Shown here one piece after another: positions 32,449 to 41,520 of a DNA stretch of 41,520 bases; position 1 is the first letter of the stretch; every line of letters starts with the position of its first letter. The notes beneath the pieces were generated by a model. The model saw only the letters and a list, made by a program, of their open reading frames with translations, had not been told where the DNA came from and ran no database searches. Source of the stretch: a virus (Duplodnaviria; Caudoviricetes); IMG/VR virus record IMGVR_UViG_3300010052_000075, positions 1 through 41,520 of that record; one strand, 5' to 3'. The position numbers and the translations under genes were made by a program.

Positions 32449-34575
32449 ATGGCTTCCAAGCAAAAAATCACGCTCGATCAACCGCAGGCCATCCCGCTCG
32501 ACCGGTTGCGGCTTTCGGACGCAAATGTTCGGCGGATCAAGCCCGGCCAGTCAGTTGCCGAACTGGCCGACAGCATCGCACGGCGCGGGTTGCTGCAAAA
32601 CCTGAATGTCCGCCCGATCCTCGACAGCCAAGGCAACCCTACCGGTTACTTTGAGGTGCCGGCCGGCGGGCGACGCTACCGCGCGCTCCAGCTGCTGGTG
32701 AAGCAGAAGCGGCTCGCCAACAATGCGCCGATCCCGTGCAGGGTACGGGCTGCGAACGACGATATCCTGGCCGAAGAGGACAGTCTCGCCGAGAATTCGG
32801 AGCGCGTGAGTCTGCACCCGCTCGACCAGTTTCGTGGCATGCAGGCGCTCGCCGACAAGGGAAATGCCGTCGAAGACATCGCCGCGCACTTCTTCGTCAC
32901 GCCCGCGGTGGTCAGGCAGCGCCTCAAGCTGGCCAGCGTGTCGTCGAAGCTGCTCGACATCTATGGTGACGACGGCATGTCGCTCGAGACCCTGATGGCA
33001 TTCACCGTGACGGACGATGAGGAGCGCCAGATCCAGGTCTGGGAGATGGTCGAGCACGATTTCCAGCCATCGACCTCGTTCATCCGCCAGAAGCTGACGG
33101 AAAACAGTGTCCGCATATCCGACAAGCGCGTCCGTTTCGTCGGCCTGGACGCCTATGTCGAGGAGGGCGGCAGCGTCGTTCGCGACCTGTTCGAAGTCGA
33201 TCACGGCGGCTGGCTCACCGACGTCGGCCTGCTCGACCGGCTCGTCGCCGAGAAGTTCGAAGCCGAAGCGGCGCGGATCGGCGAGGAAGGCTGGAAATGG
33301 ATCGACGCCGCGATCGAGCATGTCTTCAATCCCGGGCGCGGCCTGCGCGCGCTTGCCGGCGACGAGGTCCCAATGAGCGCGGAGGAGGAGAAGCTTGGCG
33401 CTGACCTCGAAGCGGAGGGCGAAGCGCTGAGCAACGAATGGAGCGATGCGGACGAGGTCCCCGACGAGGTCCATGCGCGGCTCGAGGAGATCGACGCCGA
33501 GATCAGCCGCATCAACGACCGCCCGATTGTCTTCGATGCCGCCGACATCGCCATCGCCGGTGCGTTCGTCTCGATCGATATCGACGGAAGGCTGCGCGTC
33601 GAGCGCGGCTATGTGAAGCCGGAGGACGAACCCGAAGCCGAACCGGTGGAGGGCGATGAGGGCACTGACGAGGGCGCGAATGACCCCGGCGGCGGCGATG
33701 GCAGTTCCAAGACCGCGTCTTCGGCTCCCGCCCAATCTGCGGCCGAGCCCGAGGACGATGAAGGCGGCTTGAAGCCGATGTCGGAGCGCCTCGTGTCCGA
33801 CCTTACGGCGTGGCGGACGCTCGCGCTCCAGGATGCCTTTGCGAAGTGCCCGGAGACGGCGTATATCGCCGTGCTCCATGCGTTCGTCCTGTCCTGCTTT
33901 TACGGTTACAGCCACGAAAGCTGCCTGCAGACGTCCATCAACTCGGTCCATTTCTCCAACGCTCCGGTTGGTCTGCGCGACTGCGCTCCGGGCCAAGCGA
34001 TCGCGGCGCGCATCGATGAGTGGCGCTCGCGCTTGCCGAAGAGTGACAAGGAGGTCTGGGACTGGCTGCTCGAAATCGGCGACGAGGACCGGGCGAGCCT
34101 CCTTGCGCATTGCGCCTCGCTCGGCGTCAACGCGCAGGCCGAGATCGTCCGGGGCTATGATGGCCGCGTTTCGGCGCATGGGATCGCCCGGCGGCTTGCG
34201 CACAGCCATATCCTCGCGCGTGCCGTGGGGCTCGATGTCGTCGAGGCGGGCTGGCGCCCGACCGCCGACGGCTATCTGAGCAGCGTTCCCAAGCCGAGGA
34301 TTCTCGCCGACGTCACCGAGGCGCGCGGCGAGAATTTCGCGGGGATGATTGACCATCTCAAGAAAGGCGACATGGCGCGCGAAGCCGAGCGCCTGCTCGA
34401 AGACGCCGGCTGGCTTCCCGAGACTATGCGGACGCCCGAGAATGAGGTTGCAGCGGCTCCGGCGCCCGAGGCGACTGCGCCGGCCAACGACGAGGCGGAT
34501 AGCGAGCTTCCCGCTTTTCTCGCGGAGGAGGGAGGTGAAGCTGAGGGCGATCCCGACGTGATCGCCGCCGAATGA
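32449..34575 (+). CDS. ParB/RepB/Spo0J-family protein (plasmid/ICE type, 708 aa)
   Basis: IPLDRL...NVRR...LADSIARRGLLQNLNVRP...AGGRRYRAL...SLAENSER..LHPLDQF...F.VT..VVRQRLKLA; KKGDMAREAE..L...GWLP. Confidence 0.9.
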   Translation: MASKQKITLDQPQAIPLDRLRLSDANVRRIKPGQSVAELADSIARRGLLQNLNVRPILDSQGNPTGYFEVPAGGRRYRALQLLVKQKRLANNAPIPCRVRAANDDILAEEDSLAENSERVSLHPLDQFRGMQALADKGNAVEDIAAHFFVTPAVVRQRLKLASVSSKLLDIYGDDGMSLETLMAFTVTDDEERQIQVWEMVEHDFQPSTSFIRQKLTENSVRISDKRVRFVGLDAYVEEGGSVVRDLFEVDHGGWLTDVGLLDRLVAEKFEAEAARIGEEGWKWIDAAIEHVFNPGRGLRALAGDEVPMSAEEEKLGADLEAEGEALSNEWSDADEVPDEVHARLEEIDAEISRINDRPIVFDAADIAIAGAFVSIDIDGRLRVERGYVKPEDEPEAEPVEGDEGTDEGANDPGGGDGSSKTASSAPAQSAAEPEDDEGGLKPMSERLVSDLTAWRTLALQDAFAKCPETAYIAVLHAFVLSCFYGYSHESCLQTSINSVHFSNAPVGLRDCAPGQAIAARIDEWRSRLPKSDKEVWDWLLEIGDEDRASLLAHCASLGVNAQAEIVRGYDGRVSAHGIARRLAHSHILARAVGLDVVEAGWRPTADGYLSSVPKPRILADVTEARGENFAGMIDHLKKGDMAREAERLLEDAGWLPETMRTPENEVAAAPAPEATAPANDEADSELPAFLAEEGGEAEGDPDVIAAE

Positions 34576-34613
34576 GCCTCCGCCGCGCATAGCGGCACCT
34601 TGAACTCCCACCT

Positions 34614-34650
34614 CGAAAGCCCGGCCATCGCGCCGGGCTTTCGCTTTTTT
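34614..34650 (+). terminator. Rho-independent terminator-like hairpin
   Basis: CGAAAGCCCGG/CCGGGCTTTCG stem followed by CTTTTTT. Confidence 0.75.
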
Positions 34651-34724
34651 CCGGAGAATGAAAATGCGAAATGAAGTCCAAGCAATTGCGCCGGCGACGT
34701 CGGTCCTCGCTGCGGGAAGTCATC

Positions 34725-34853
34725 ATGGCTGACCGCGTCTCGATATCGTTCAAGCTCGGCGGCACCCTGTCGGCCGACACCTGGCTCGAACTCGCCAGCG
34801 TCATTGCGAGCGAGGGCTTGTCCATCGAATGGTACGGCCCTGCCTTCGAGCCT
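34725..34853 (+). pseudogene. Truncated N-terminus of a mobile-element backbone hypothetical gene
   Basis: MADRVSISFKLGGTL...EGLSIEWYGPAFEP abruptly joined to transposase sequence. Confidence 0.5.
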
Positions 34854-35108
34854 GACGCCGACGCCATCCGCGCCGACCTCGCCGCGCGGAAAATCGAGGC
34901 CGTCATCCCCGGCAGATCAAACCGCCGCGTGAAGATCGAGCATGACCGTACGCTCTATAAACAGCGCAATCGCATCGAGCGGGTGTTCGGTCACCTCAAG
35001 ATCAACTGCGCCATTGCCACCCGATACGATCAACTCGCCAACAGCTTCCTCGGCATGGTCCACATCGCCACCGCCAGATGCTGGCTCAAATTTGTCCACG
35101 CCGCCTAG
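34854..35108 (+). mobile_element. IS5-family transposase 3' remnant with right end
   Basis: DADAIRADL...VIPGRSNR...LYKQRNRIERVFGHLK...IATRYD; ends TTTGTCCACGCCGCCTAG. Confidence 0.85.
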
Positions 35109-35239
35109 CAGCTACGCTGCCCAATCCCCTTCGTAGGCACCACGAAGCACGGCTCCCCAAAGCGGACACAGCCGTCCGATCGAAGCGACTTCCGCATGCT
35201 ATCTGCGAGCAGTTCCAGAGACCCTCTACCGGCTCGCGG

Positions 35240-36118
35240 TCAGTGCCTTAGTGCAGCGATCAGGGCATCGCGAGCCGTAGCAACGCGAGGGTGGCGCAGC
35301 GATGAGCGTGCCCAGACGAGGTAGTAAGCGTTGCGCGGCACCGTGACCGGGGCGGGTATCTCGATCAGCGTGCAGGCAGCGCGTTCGATGTGGGTGAGAT
35401 AGCCTGGCAGTACCGTCCAGCCGAGATCCGCGCACAATCCCGACCGTAGCACCCTCAAATCGGGCGCGGTCAAGGCGGGCTGGCTCGTCAGTTCGATCTG
35501 GTTTGCCTCAAGCCAGGTCCGCAGCAGCGGCCGGTCGAGATCGTAGGCGAGGTGAGCCGTCCGGTCGAGCCCTTCTGCCAACGGCAACGCGGCAATCCGC
35601 TCCGCCACAGCGGGAGAAGCTACGGCGCGCAGGTGTTCCTCGCCCAGCGCATGAAAGGCCAACCGCGCATCTTCGGGTTGCGAGGCGGTGACGGCGAGGT
35701 GCACCTTGTCTTCGAGCAGCAAGGCATAGAGCGCCTCGCGCCCGCCGATATGCAGGCGCAGGTCCAGCCCTGCTTCCAGCAGCGGGGCCAGCCGGGGCGT
35801 GATCATCTCTCCCAGCAGGTCCGACGGCGCGGCGATGTGGACCGTGCCCGAGATGCGCGACGATCGGGCCCGCGCGCTGGCCAGTGCCGATTCCGCGGTG
35901 TCGAGGCTGCTTCCGATCGAAGCCGCGAGATCGTCGGCAATCGCTGTTGGTCGAACACCCCGCGAATGGCGATCGAACAAGGGACGGCCCAATTGCGCCT
36001 CGAGCGATGCGATGTGCTGCGACGCCGCCGGTTGGGTGATGCCGATTGCCCGGGCCGCCTCGCTCAGTGAACGACGGCGGTAGACTTCGACGAAGGTGCG
36101 CAACTGCAAGAGGGACAT
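35240..36118 (-). CDS. LysR family transcriptional regulator
   Basis: LRTFVEVYRRRSLSEAARAIGITQPAASQHIASLEAQLGRPLFDR; start 36118 (36154 alternative). Confidence 0.93.
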   Translation of the reverse strand: MSLLQLRTFVEVYRRRSLSEAARAIGITQPAASQHIASLEAQLGRPLFDRHSRGVRPTAIADDLAASIGSSLDTAESALASARARSSRISGTVHIAAPSDLLGEMITPRLAPLLEAGLDLRLHIGGREALYALLLEDKVHLAVTASQPEDARLAFHALGEEHLRAVASPAVAERIAALPLAEGLDRTAHLAYDLDRPLLRTWLEANQIELTSQPALTAPDLRVLRSGLCADLGWTVLPGYLTHIERAACTLIEIPAPVTVPRNAYYLVWARSSLRHPRVATARDALIAALRH

Positions 36119-36125
36119 TCCGGTT

Positions 36126-36143
36126 CCATAACCGGATTTATGG
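36126..36143. promoter_or_regulatory. Candidate LysR operator
   Basis: CCATAA-N6-TTATGG palindrome (T-N10-A, one short of the canonical T-N11-A). Confidence 0.35.
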
Positions 36144-36214
36144 CCGTCCGCCATTCCCGCTGGATTTCATGATGCCGTTCCCTGCGTATCTAAGCCGCCG
36201 AAAGGAACGATCGA

Positions 36215-37024
36215 ATGCAAAATCGCCGCCAATTGCTGCAAGCCCTCACCGCTGTCCTGGTGGCGGGCGCGGCGCCGGCGGGTGCGTTTGCTCGTGTTCC
36301 CGACATCACTAGAAAAGGACAATTGACGATGACCCGCATTCTCATGGTGGCCACCTCCGCCGACCGCATGACTCCCGGCACCGAACCGACGGGTGTCTGG
36401 CTCGAGGAACTTACCACCCCCTATTACGCCTTCCGTGATGCGGGCGCCGAGGTGATGCTTGCTTCGATCAAGGGCGGCGCCATCCCCGTCGACCAGCGCA
36501 GCGTCAACGCCGACGGCGAGAACGACGCTTCGGTCGAGCGCTATCTGAAGGACGAGGCCCTAAAGGCCGAGGTTGCCAGCACCCCTGTATTCACAAGCAT
36601 CGATCCCGCCGGCTACGACGCGCTGTTCCTGCCCGGCGGCCACGGCACTATGTTCGATTACCCCGTCAGTGACGAACTGGCCCGCCTGGTCGAACGCTTC
36701 GACCGCGAAGGCAAGATCGTCGCCGCCGTCTGCCATGGACCGGCAGGGCTGGTCTCGGCAAAGAAGGCCGATGGCACGCCCCTCGTGGCTGGCCGCCGTG
36801 TCGCGGGCTTCACCGACAGCGAGGAGCGCGCGGTCGGCCTCGATCAGGCGGTGCCGTTCCTGCTCGAAACGCGCCTCAAGGAACTTGGGGGCAAGCACGA
36901 GGGCGGCCCCGATTTTGCCCCCTTCGCCCTACGCGACGGCAATCTGGTGACCGGTCAGAACCCCGCCAGCGCGGCGCGCACCGCGGAACTCGTGATGGAA
37001 GCCCTCAAGGAAAAGGTCGCCTGA
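36215..37024 (+). CDS. DJ-1/PfpI family (glyoxalase III-like) protein, with optional Tat-like leader
   Basis: [34 protein letters not shown]; second start ATG 36329. Confidence 0.92.
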   Translation: MQNRRQLLQALTAVLVAGAAPAGAFARVPDITRKGQLTMTRILMVATSADRMTPGTEPTGVWLEELTTPYYAFRDAGAEVMLASIKGGAIPVDQRSVNADGENDASVERYLKDEALKAEVASTPVFTSIDPAGYDALFLPGGHGTMFDYPVSDELARLVERFDREGKIVAAVCHGPAGLVSAKKADGTPLVAGRRVAGFTDSEERAVGLDQAVPFLLETRLKELGGKHEGGPDFAPFALRDGNLVTGQNPASAARTAELVMEALKEKVA

Positions 37025-37026
37025 TC

Positions 37027-37482
37027 ATGCGCTATCTCCACACCATGCTGCGCGTCGCCGATCCCGAGGCGGCGGTCCGGTTCTTCACGCTGCTGGGTCT
37101 CAGGGAGACCCGGCGCATGGAGAACCAGGCCGGGCGTTACACGCTGATCTACCTTGCCGCCGACGAGGATTTCCGCGGCGACGGCGAGCAGGGCGATGCC
37201 GAGGTCGAGCTGACGTACAACTGGCCGCCCGAGGATGGCAGCGCTTCCGAGAAATACACGGGCGGCCGAAACTTCGGCCACCTCGCCTACGGGGTCGACG
37301 ACATCTACGAGACGTGCGCGCGGCTGCAGGCGGGCGGTGTGACGATCAATCGCCCCCCCCGCGACGGATACATGGCGTTCGTCCGCTCTCCGGACGGGAT
37401 CTCGATCGAACTGCTCCAAAAAGGCGAACACATGGCCCCGGCCGAACCCTGGGCCTCCATGCCCAACACGGGCGCATGGTGA
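37027..37482 (+). CDS. gloA: Lactoylglutathione lyase (glyoxalase I)
   Basis: [50 protein letters not shown]. Confidence 0.9.
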   Translation: MRYLHTMLRVADPEAAVRFFTLLGLRETRRMENQAGRYTLIYLAADEDFRGDGEQGDAEVELTYNWPPEDGSASEKYTGGRNFGHLAYGVDDIYETCARLQAGGVTINRPPRDGYMAFVRSPDGISIELLQKGEHMAPAEPWASMPNTGAW

Positions 37483-38588
37483 TGGCGCGCCTGTTCGAAC
37501 CGCTCGAGGTCGCGGGGCTGCGGCTTGCCAACCGCATCGTTATCGCGCCGATGTGCCAGTATTCTGCCGAGGACGGCGCGATGACCGACTGGCACCAGAT
37601 GCATCTCGGCCAGTTGGCGCTCTCGGGCGCGGGCGCGCTAACGATAGAGGCGACCGCTGTCAGCCCGGAAGGGCGCATCACCTACGGTGACAGCGGCCTG
37701 TACGATGACCGCACCGAAGCGGCGATGCGAAGCGTGCTCGAAAGTGTGCGCCGTTGGTCGGACATGCCGCTGATCATCCAGCTGGCCCATGCCGGCCGCA
37801 AGGCGAGCTGCGCCAAGCCGTGGCACGGCGGAACGCAGATCGCCCCCAATACGGAGAATGGCTGGCAGACCGTGGCACCCAGCGCCATTCCCTTCGCTCC
37901 GGACGACCATCCCCCTGTCGAACTGGACAAGTCAGGGCTTGCCCGCATCCGGGAGGCGTTCGCCGACGCCGCCCGCCGCGCCGGCAGGCTCGGCATCGAT
38001 GCCGTCCAGATCCACGCGGCGCATGGCTATCTGCTTCACGAGTTTCTTTCGCCGATTTCCAACCGGCGCGGCGACGAATACGGCGGCAGCCTCGACAACC
38101 GGGTGCGGTTCCCGCTCGAAGTGTTCGATGCCGTGCGCGAAGCGTTTCCGGCCGACCGCCCGGTGACCGTCCGCGTTTCGGGGACCGACTGGGTTGAAGG
38201 CGGCTGGACGGCGGAGGAAACCGCGCGGTTTGCGCAGGAGCTGGAGCGGCGCGGTTGTTCGGCAATCCACGTCTCCGGCGGCGGGCTCGACCCGCGCCAG
38301 CAGATCCCGGTCGGCCCCGGCTATCAGGTGCCGCTGGCGCGGACGGTCAAGGACGCGGTGGCCATGCCTGTCGTGGCGGTCGGAATGATCACCGATCCTC
38401 AGCAGGCAGAGCGCATCCTCGAAGACGGGCATGCCGACGCCATAGCCATTGCCCGCGCTGCGCTGTGGGATCCGCGCTGGCCCTGGCACGCCGCCGCCGC
38501 GCTCGGCGCATCGGTCAAGGCGCCGCCGCAATACCTCCGGTCCGAGCCCCACGAAGCGGGCCGCATCCTCAAGGAAATGACACCATGA
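37482..38588 (+). CDS. NADH:flavin oxidoreductase (old yellow enzyme, YqjM/NamA-like)
   Basis: NRIVIAPMCQYSA, QLAHAGRKAS, HAAHGYLLHEFLSP.SNRR.DEYGGS; TGATG coupling. Confidence 0.93.
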   Translation: MARLFEPLEVAGLRLANRIVIAPMCQYSAEDGAMTDWHQMHLGQLALSGAGALTIEATAVSPEGRITYGDSGLYDDRTEAAMRSVLESVRRWSDMPLIIQLAHAGRKASCAKPWHGGTQIAPNTENGWQTVAPSAIPFAPDDHPPVELDKSGLARIREAFADAARRAGRLGIDAVQIHAAHGYLLHEFLSPISNRRGDEYGGSLDNRVRFPLEVFDAVREAFPADRPVTVRVSGTDWVEGGWTAEETARFAQELERRGCSAIHVSGGGLDPRQQIPVGPGYQVPLARTVKDAVAMPVVAVGMITDPQQAERILEDGHADAIAIARAALWDPRWPWHAAAALGASVKAPPQYLRSEPHEAGRILKEMTP

Positions 38589-39736
38589 AAACCTCGGTCA
38601 AACTGCTTCTGGCCGCTGGCGCTGCCCTCTCGCTCGCCGCCTGCGCGATGACCCGCGAGGGTGCATCCGCGCCGCAAATCGAACAGGTCGCGACCTTCGA
38701 TGGCGCGATGCCGACTGGCGTGACCGTCGCCCCCAACGGGCGCATCTTCGTCAACTTCCCGCAATGGGGCGACAACGCGCCGTTCACGGTTGCCGAGCTG
38801 GTCGACGGCAAGGCGGTGCCTTATCCCGATGCCGCGACCAACCGGCCCGATCCGGCCGACCCGGCGGGGCATTTCATCTCGGTGCAGAGCGTGGTGGCAG
38901 ACGGCGCCAATCGCCTGTGGGTGCTCGACACGGCGGCGCCCAAATTCTCTCAACCACAGGTCGGCGGTGCAAAGCTGGTGGCAATCGACCTTGCGACCGA
39001 CCGGGTGGTGAAGACGATCGTCCTGCCGCCCAGCGTGGTGCTGCCCACGACCTACCTCAACGACGTGCGCTTCGATCTGCGTCAGGGCGCCGAGGGCGTC
39101 GCCTACATCACCGACAGCAGCAACGAGGGGATCGGCGGCATCATCGTCGTCGATATCGCCAGCGGGCGTGCGATCCGGCGCCTGTCAAACCATGCGACGA
39201 CCAACCCCGAGCCCGGCTTCACCCCGGTCGTCGACGGCGCGGTGCTCATGAACCGTCCCGCCGATGGACCCGCGACGCCGGTAGCAATTGCGAGCGATGC
39301 GATTGCGCTCAGCGCCGACGGCAGCCTGCTGTATTACGGTCCGCTGTCGGGCCGCACGCTGCACGCGGTGCCCACGGCGTTGCTGCGCGATCCCGCGGTG
39401 TCCGAGGAGGAGCTGGGCCGCGCGGTCCGCAGCCTGGGGCGCAAAGGCGCCTCGGACGGGATTGCCGAAGACGACCGGGGCCGCGTGTTCGCCGGCGATT
39501 ACGAGAATAACGCGATCCGCATGCTCGACCAGGGCCTCTGGACGACGGTGGTCAGCGACCCGCGCATCAGCTGGCCCGACACGTTGTCGATCGGCACCGA
39601 CGGATATCTCTACTTCACCGCCAACCAGCTCCACCGCCAGCCCGGCTTCCACGGCGGCCGAGACCTGCGCCGCAAGCCCTACGAGCTGCTCCGCATCAAG
39701 GTGGGCGCCGCTCCCGTCCTGTTGCGCTCGCGGTGA
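38585..39736 (+). CDS. Major royal jelly/yellow-family beta-propeller lipoprotein
   Basis: Lipobox LAAC; PTGVTV...RIFVNFP, FISVQSV..D..NRLWVLDT, YLNDVRFD, AYITDS, WPDT. Confidence 0.85.
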   Translation: MKTSVKLLLAAGAALSLAACAMTREGASAPQIEQVATFDGAMPTGVTVAPNGRIFVNFPQWGDNAPFTVAELVDGKAVPYPDAATNRPDPADPAGHFISVQSVVADGANRLWVLDTAAPKFSQPQVGGAKLVAIDLATDRVVKTIVLPPSVVLPTTYLNDVRFDLRQGAEGVAYITDSSNEGIGGIIVVDIASGRAIRRLSNHATTNPEPGFTPVVDGAVLMNRPADGPATPVAIASDAIALSADGSLLYYGPLSGRTLHAVPTALLRDPAVSEEELGRAVRSLGRKGASDGIAEDDRGRVFAGDYENNAIRMLDQGLWTTVVSDPRISWPDTLSIGTDGYLYFTANQLHRQPGFHGGRDLRRKPYELLRIKVGAAPVLLRSR

Positions 39737-39812
39737 CCCCATCAAGCCGGGCGGGCTCCCGCGGGCCCGCGATCCGGCGAAAAATCAACAACTGACTTGA
39801 AGGAATACAATC

Positions 39813-40553
39813 ATGACAAAGGGTATCGAAGGCAAGATCGTTCTCATTACCGGCGGCAGCACCGGCATCGGCGCGGAAACCGCGCGTCTTCTCGCGGAAC
39901 GCGGCGCCAAGGTGGCCATCGCCGCGCGGCGCAAGGACAGGCTCGACGAGGTCGTCGCGGACATCGCCGCAATTGGCGGCACGGCACGTAGCTACGCGCT
40001 GGACGTGACCGACAAATCGGCGGTCCAGTCCGTCGTCGCCGCAATCATTGCCGACTTCGGCCGCCTCGACGTGCTGATCAACAACGCCGGGCTGATGCCG
40101 ATCCGTCCGATGGCCGAGGTGAACACCGACGAGTGGGACCAGATGATCGACGTCAATCTGAAGGGTACGCTCTACGGCATCGCGGCGGCCCTTCCCGGTT
40201 TTCTCGAGCAGGGCAGCGGTCACATCATCAACTTGAGCTCGGTTGCGGGCATCAAGGTCTTCGCACCGGGCGGCACGGTCTACTCCGGCACCAAGTTCGC
40301 CGTCAGCGCGATCAGCGAGGGCTTGCGCCACGAGGTGGGGGAAAAGGTCCGGGTCACGTCAATCGAGCCAGGAGCTGTCGAAAGCGATTTGAAGTTCACG
40401 ACCTCTGGCACGGCTGCCGAGACGGTGCTGGACTTCTACAAGCAGGCCATTCCGGCGGCATCGGTGGCGCGTGCTATCGCGTTCGCTGTCGAACAACCTG
40501 ATGACGTCGACGTCAACGCGATCGTCATCCGGCCGACCGCACAGGAGTTCTGA
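39813..40553 (+). CDS. SDR family oxidoreductase
   Basis: TGGSTGIG, NNAG, YSGTK, RPTAQ. Confidence 0.95.
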   Translation: MTKGIEGKIVLITGGSTGIGAETARLLAERGAKVAIAARRKDRLDEVVADIAAIGGTARSYALDVTDKSAVQSVVAAIIADFGRLDVLINNAGLMPIRPMAEVNTDEWDQMIDVNLKGTLYGIAAALPGFLEQGSGHIINLSSVAGIKVFAPGGTVYSGTKFAVSAISEGLRHEVGEKVRVTSIEPGAVESDLKFTTSGTAAETVLDFYKQAIPAASVARAIAFAVEQPDDVDVNAIVIRPTAQEF

Positions 40554-40664
40554 TTTCGACGAGGAGGCGGGGCCGCGTGTGCTCCGCCTCATGGGGAACG
40601 TCCCGGTCCGCTCGTCCGTTGCTTTCCCGAATGATATCTGTCCGTTTTACTCGAGGAGTCAATT

Positions 40665-40958
40665 ATGCCCAAACTTGCACTGTATGTACCGCTGAAGGCC
40701 AAGCCCGGAAAAGAGCGCGATGTCGCCGATTTCCTGACCTCGGCATTGCCGCTCGTTCAAGCTGAGGCGGGCACTCTGACCTGGTATGCGATCGAGGAAG
40801 GTCCCGGTGCGTACGCGATCTTCGATACGTTCGACACAGAGGAGGATCGGCAGGCCCATCTTGACGGCAAGGTTGCCGCCGCACTGATGGACAAGGCAGA
40901 GGAACTGTTCTCTGAACCGCCGCAGATTCACAAGTTCACCCTGCTGGCCGCGAAATAG
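40665..40958 (+). CDS. Antibiotic biosynthesis monooxygenase (ABM) family protein
   Basis: LKAKPGKE..V..FL......EAGT..WYA...IFDTF..EE.RQAHL.G; GAGGAG SD. Confidence 0.85.
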   Translation: MPKLALYVPLKAKPGKERDVADFLTSALPLVQAEAGTLTWYAIEEGPGAYAIFDTFDTEEDRQAHLDGKVAAALMDKAEELFSEPPQIHKFTLLAAK

Positions 40959-41069
40959 CGGAGCGATCGGCACCCTAGCGCGTCGCTCTCACCGCCCGGG
41001 TTGGGGGGAATCCCGGGCGCGGCGGCGTGCGTTGAGCGGTTTTCCACGAACTGACCACGGAGACACACC

Positions 41070-41489
41070 ATGCGCACTACCCAAACGCTCGACCTGAACG
41101 ACGCGCGAACGATCATCGATGCGGGGATCGCGGAGGCCGAGCGGATCGGCAACCCGATGAACATCGCGGTAGTGGACGCGGGCGGCTGTCTCCTAGCGTT
41201 TGCGCGGATGGACGATGCGTGGCGCGGCAGCGTTGACATCGCGATCGACAAGGCGTGGACGGCGCGCGCATTCGACGTCGAGACCAAGGCGCTGGCGAAG
41301 CTGGCCCAGCCGGGCGCCGACTTCTACGGCATCCATGCCTCCAACGACGGCAAGGTGATGATCTTTGCCGGGGGCGTGCCGATCAAGGAGGGCGAGAAGG
41401 TGATCGGCGCGGTGGGCGTGTCAGGCGGCACCGGCAAGCAGGACCAGGGCGTGGCCGAGGCGGCGGCGCAGGCGTTAGCGCGCGGCTGA
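41070..41489 (+). CDS. GlcG/HbpS family heme-binding protein
   Basis: NIAVVDAGG.L.AF.RMD.A...S..IA..KA.TA...GGVPI...VIGAVGVSGG...QD. Confidence 0.9.
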   Translation: MRTTQTLDLNDARTIIDAGIAEAERIGNPMNIAVVDAGGCLLAFARMDDAWRGSVDIAIDKAWTARAFDVETKALAKLAQPGADFYGIHASNDGKVMIFAGGVPIKEGEKVIGAVGVSGGTGKQDQGVAEAAAQALARG

Positions 41490-41520
41490 GCCTTGGAGCG
41501 CGGTGCCGGGCGCGGCGGCG

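Larger units (their letters stand above)
30828..35108. mobile_element. Second integrative element (decayed ICE/IME-like); right boundary not seen
   Basis: Own arm sites, integrase, plasmid-type ParB-like gene and IS-truncated backbone gene; downstream cargo may belong to it. Confidence 0.65.

Noticed and set aside
32551-34611. 686-aa minus-strand ORF
   Set aside because: Antisense shadow of the ParB-like gene; expected in high-GC coding DNA; no motifs
1-41520. CRISPR arrays, reverse transcriptase/DGR, rRNA, CtrA boxes, recombinase/SSB genes
   Set aside because: None recognised by eye; divergent recombination genes among the early hypothetical ORFs cannot be excluded

Overview
GC-rich alphaproteobacterial (Sphingomonadaceae-like; inferred from gene content) DNA made of two adjacent integrated elements. 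(1) 1-~30830: the right-hand ~31 kb of a temperate HK97-like siphovirus prophage. On the minus strand, running leftwards from the immunity switch: cro, CII-like gene, a GapR(DUF2312)-FtsK gamma-Rmf-like fusion, an orphan AAA+ ATPase, an MT-A70 methyltransferase, a C5 cytosine methyltransferase with a 405-codon overprinted partner frame, a GIY-YIG moron, a replication initiator with ori iterons, a loader-like gene and a NusG-paralogue late regulator. These are followed by HNH, cos, terS/terL, portal, ClpP-type protease, capsid, an inserted head-fibre/SGNH cassette, neck genes, tail tube, gpG/GT chaperones with a GGGAAAG slip site and the start of the tape measure. On the plus strand: cI, HIRAN, a convergent minus-strand TM2 gene and a long early operon of small genes (LexA-DBD-only protein, J-domain protein, TraR-like protein) ending in an AlpA excisionase and an att junction resembling a tRNA-Ser 3' end. 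(2) ~30830-41520: a second, decayed integrative element with a P4-type integrase, a plasmid-type ParB-like gene and an IS5 remnant fused to a truncated gene, followed by a LysR-regulated carbonyl/electrophile detoxification cluster (DJ-1/PfpI, glyoxalase I, old yellow enzyme, MRJP/yellow lipoprotein, SDR, ABM, GlcG). The most unusual items are the two-frame methyltransferase with five tandem GWPT target-recognition-like repeats, the GapR-FtsK gamma-Rmf-like fusion with its coupled orphan AAA ATPase, the capsid-adjacent fibre/esterase cassette, the NusG-type late control and an RNA pseudoknot upstream of the tail chaperone. All family calls are by motif recognition, without database searches.
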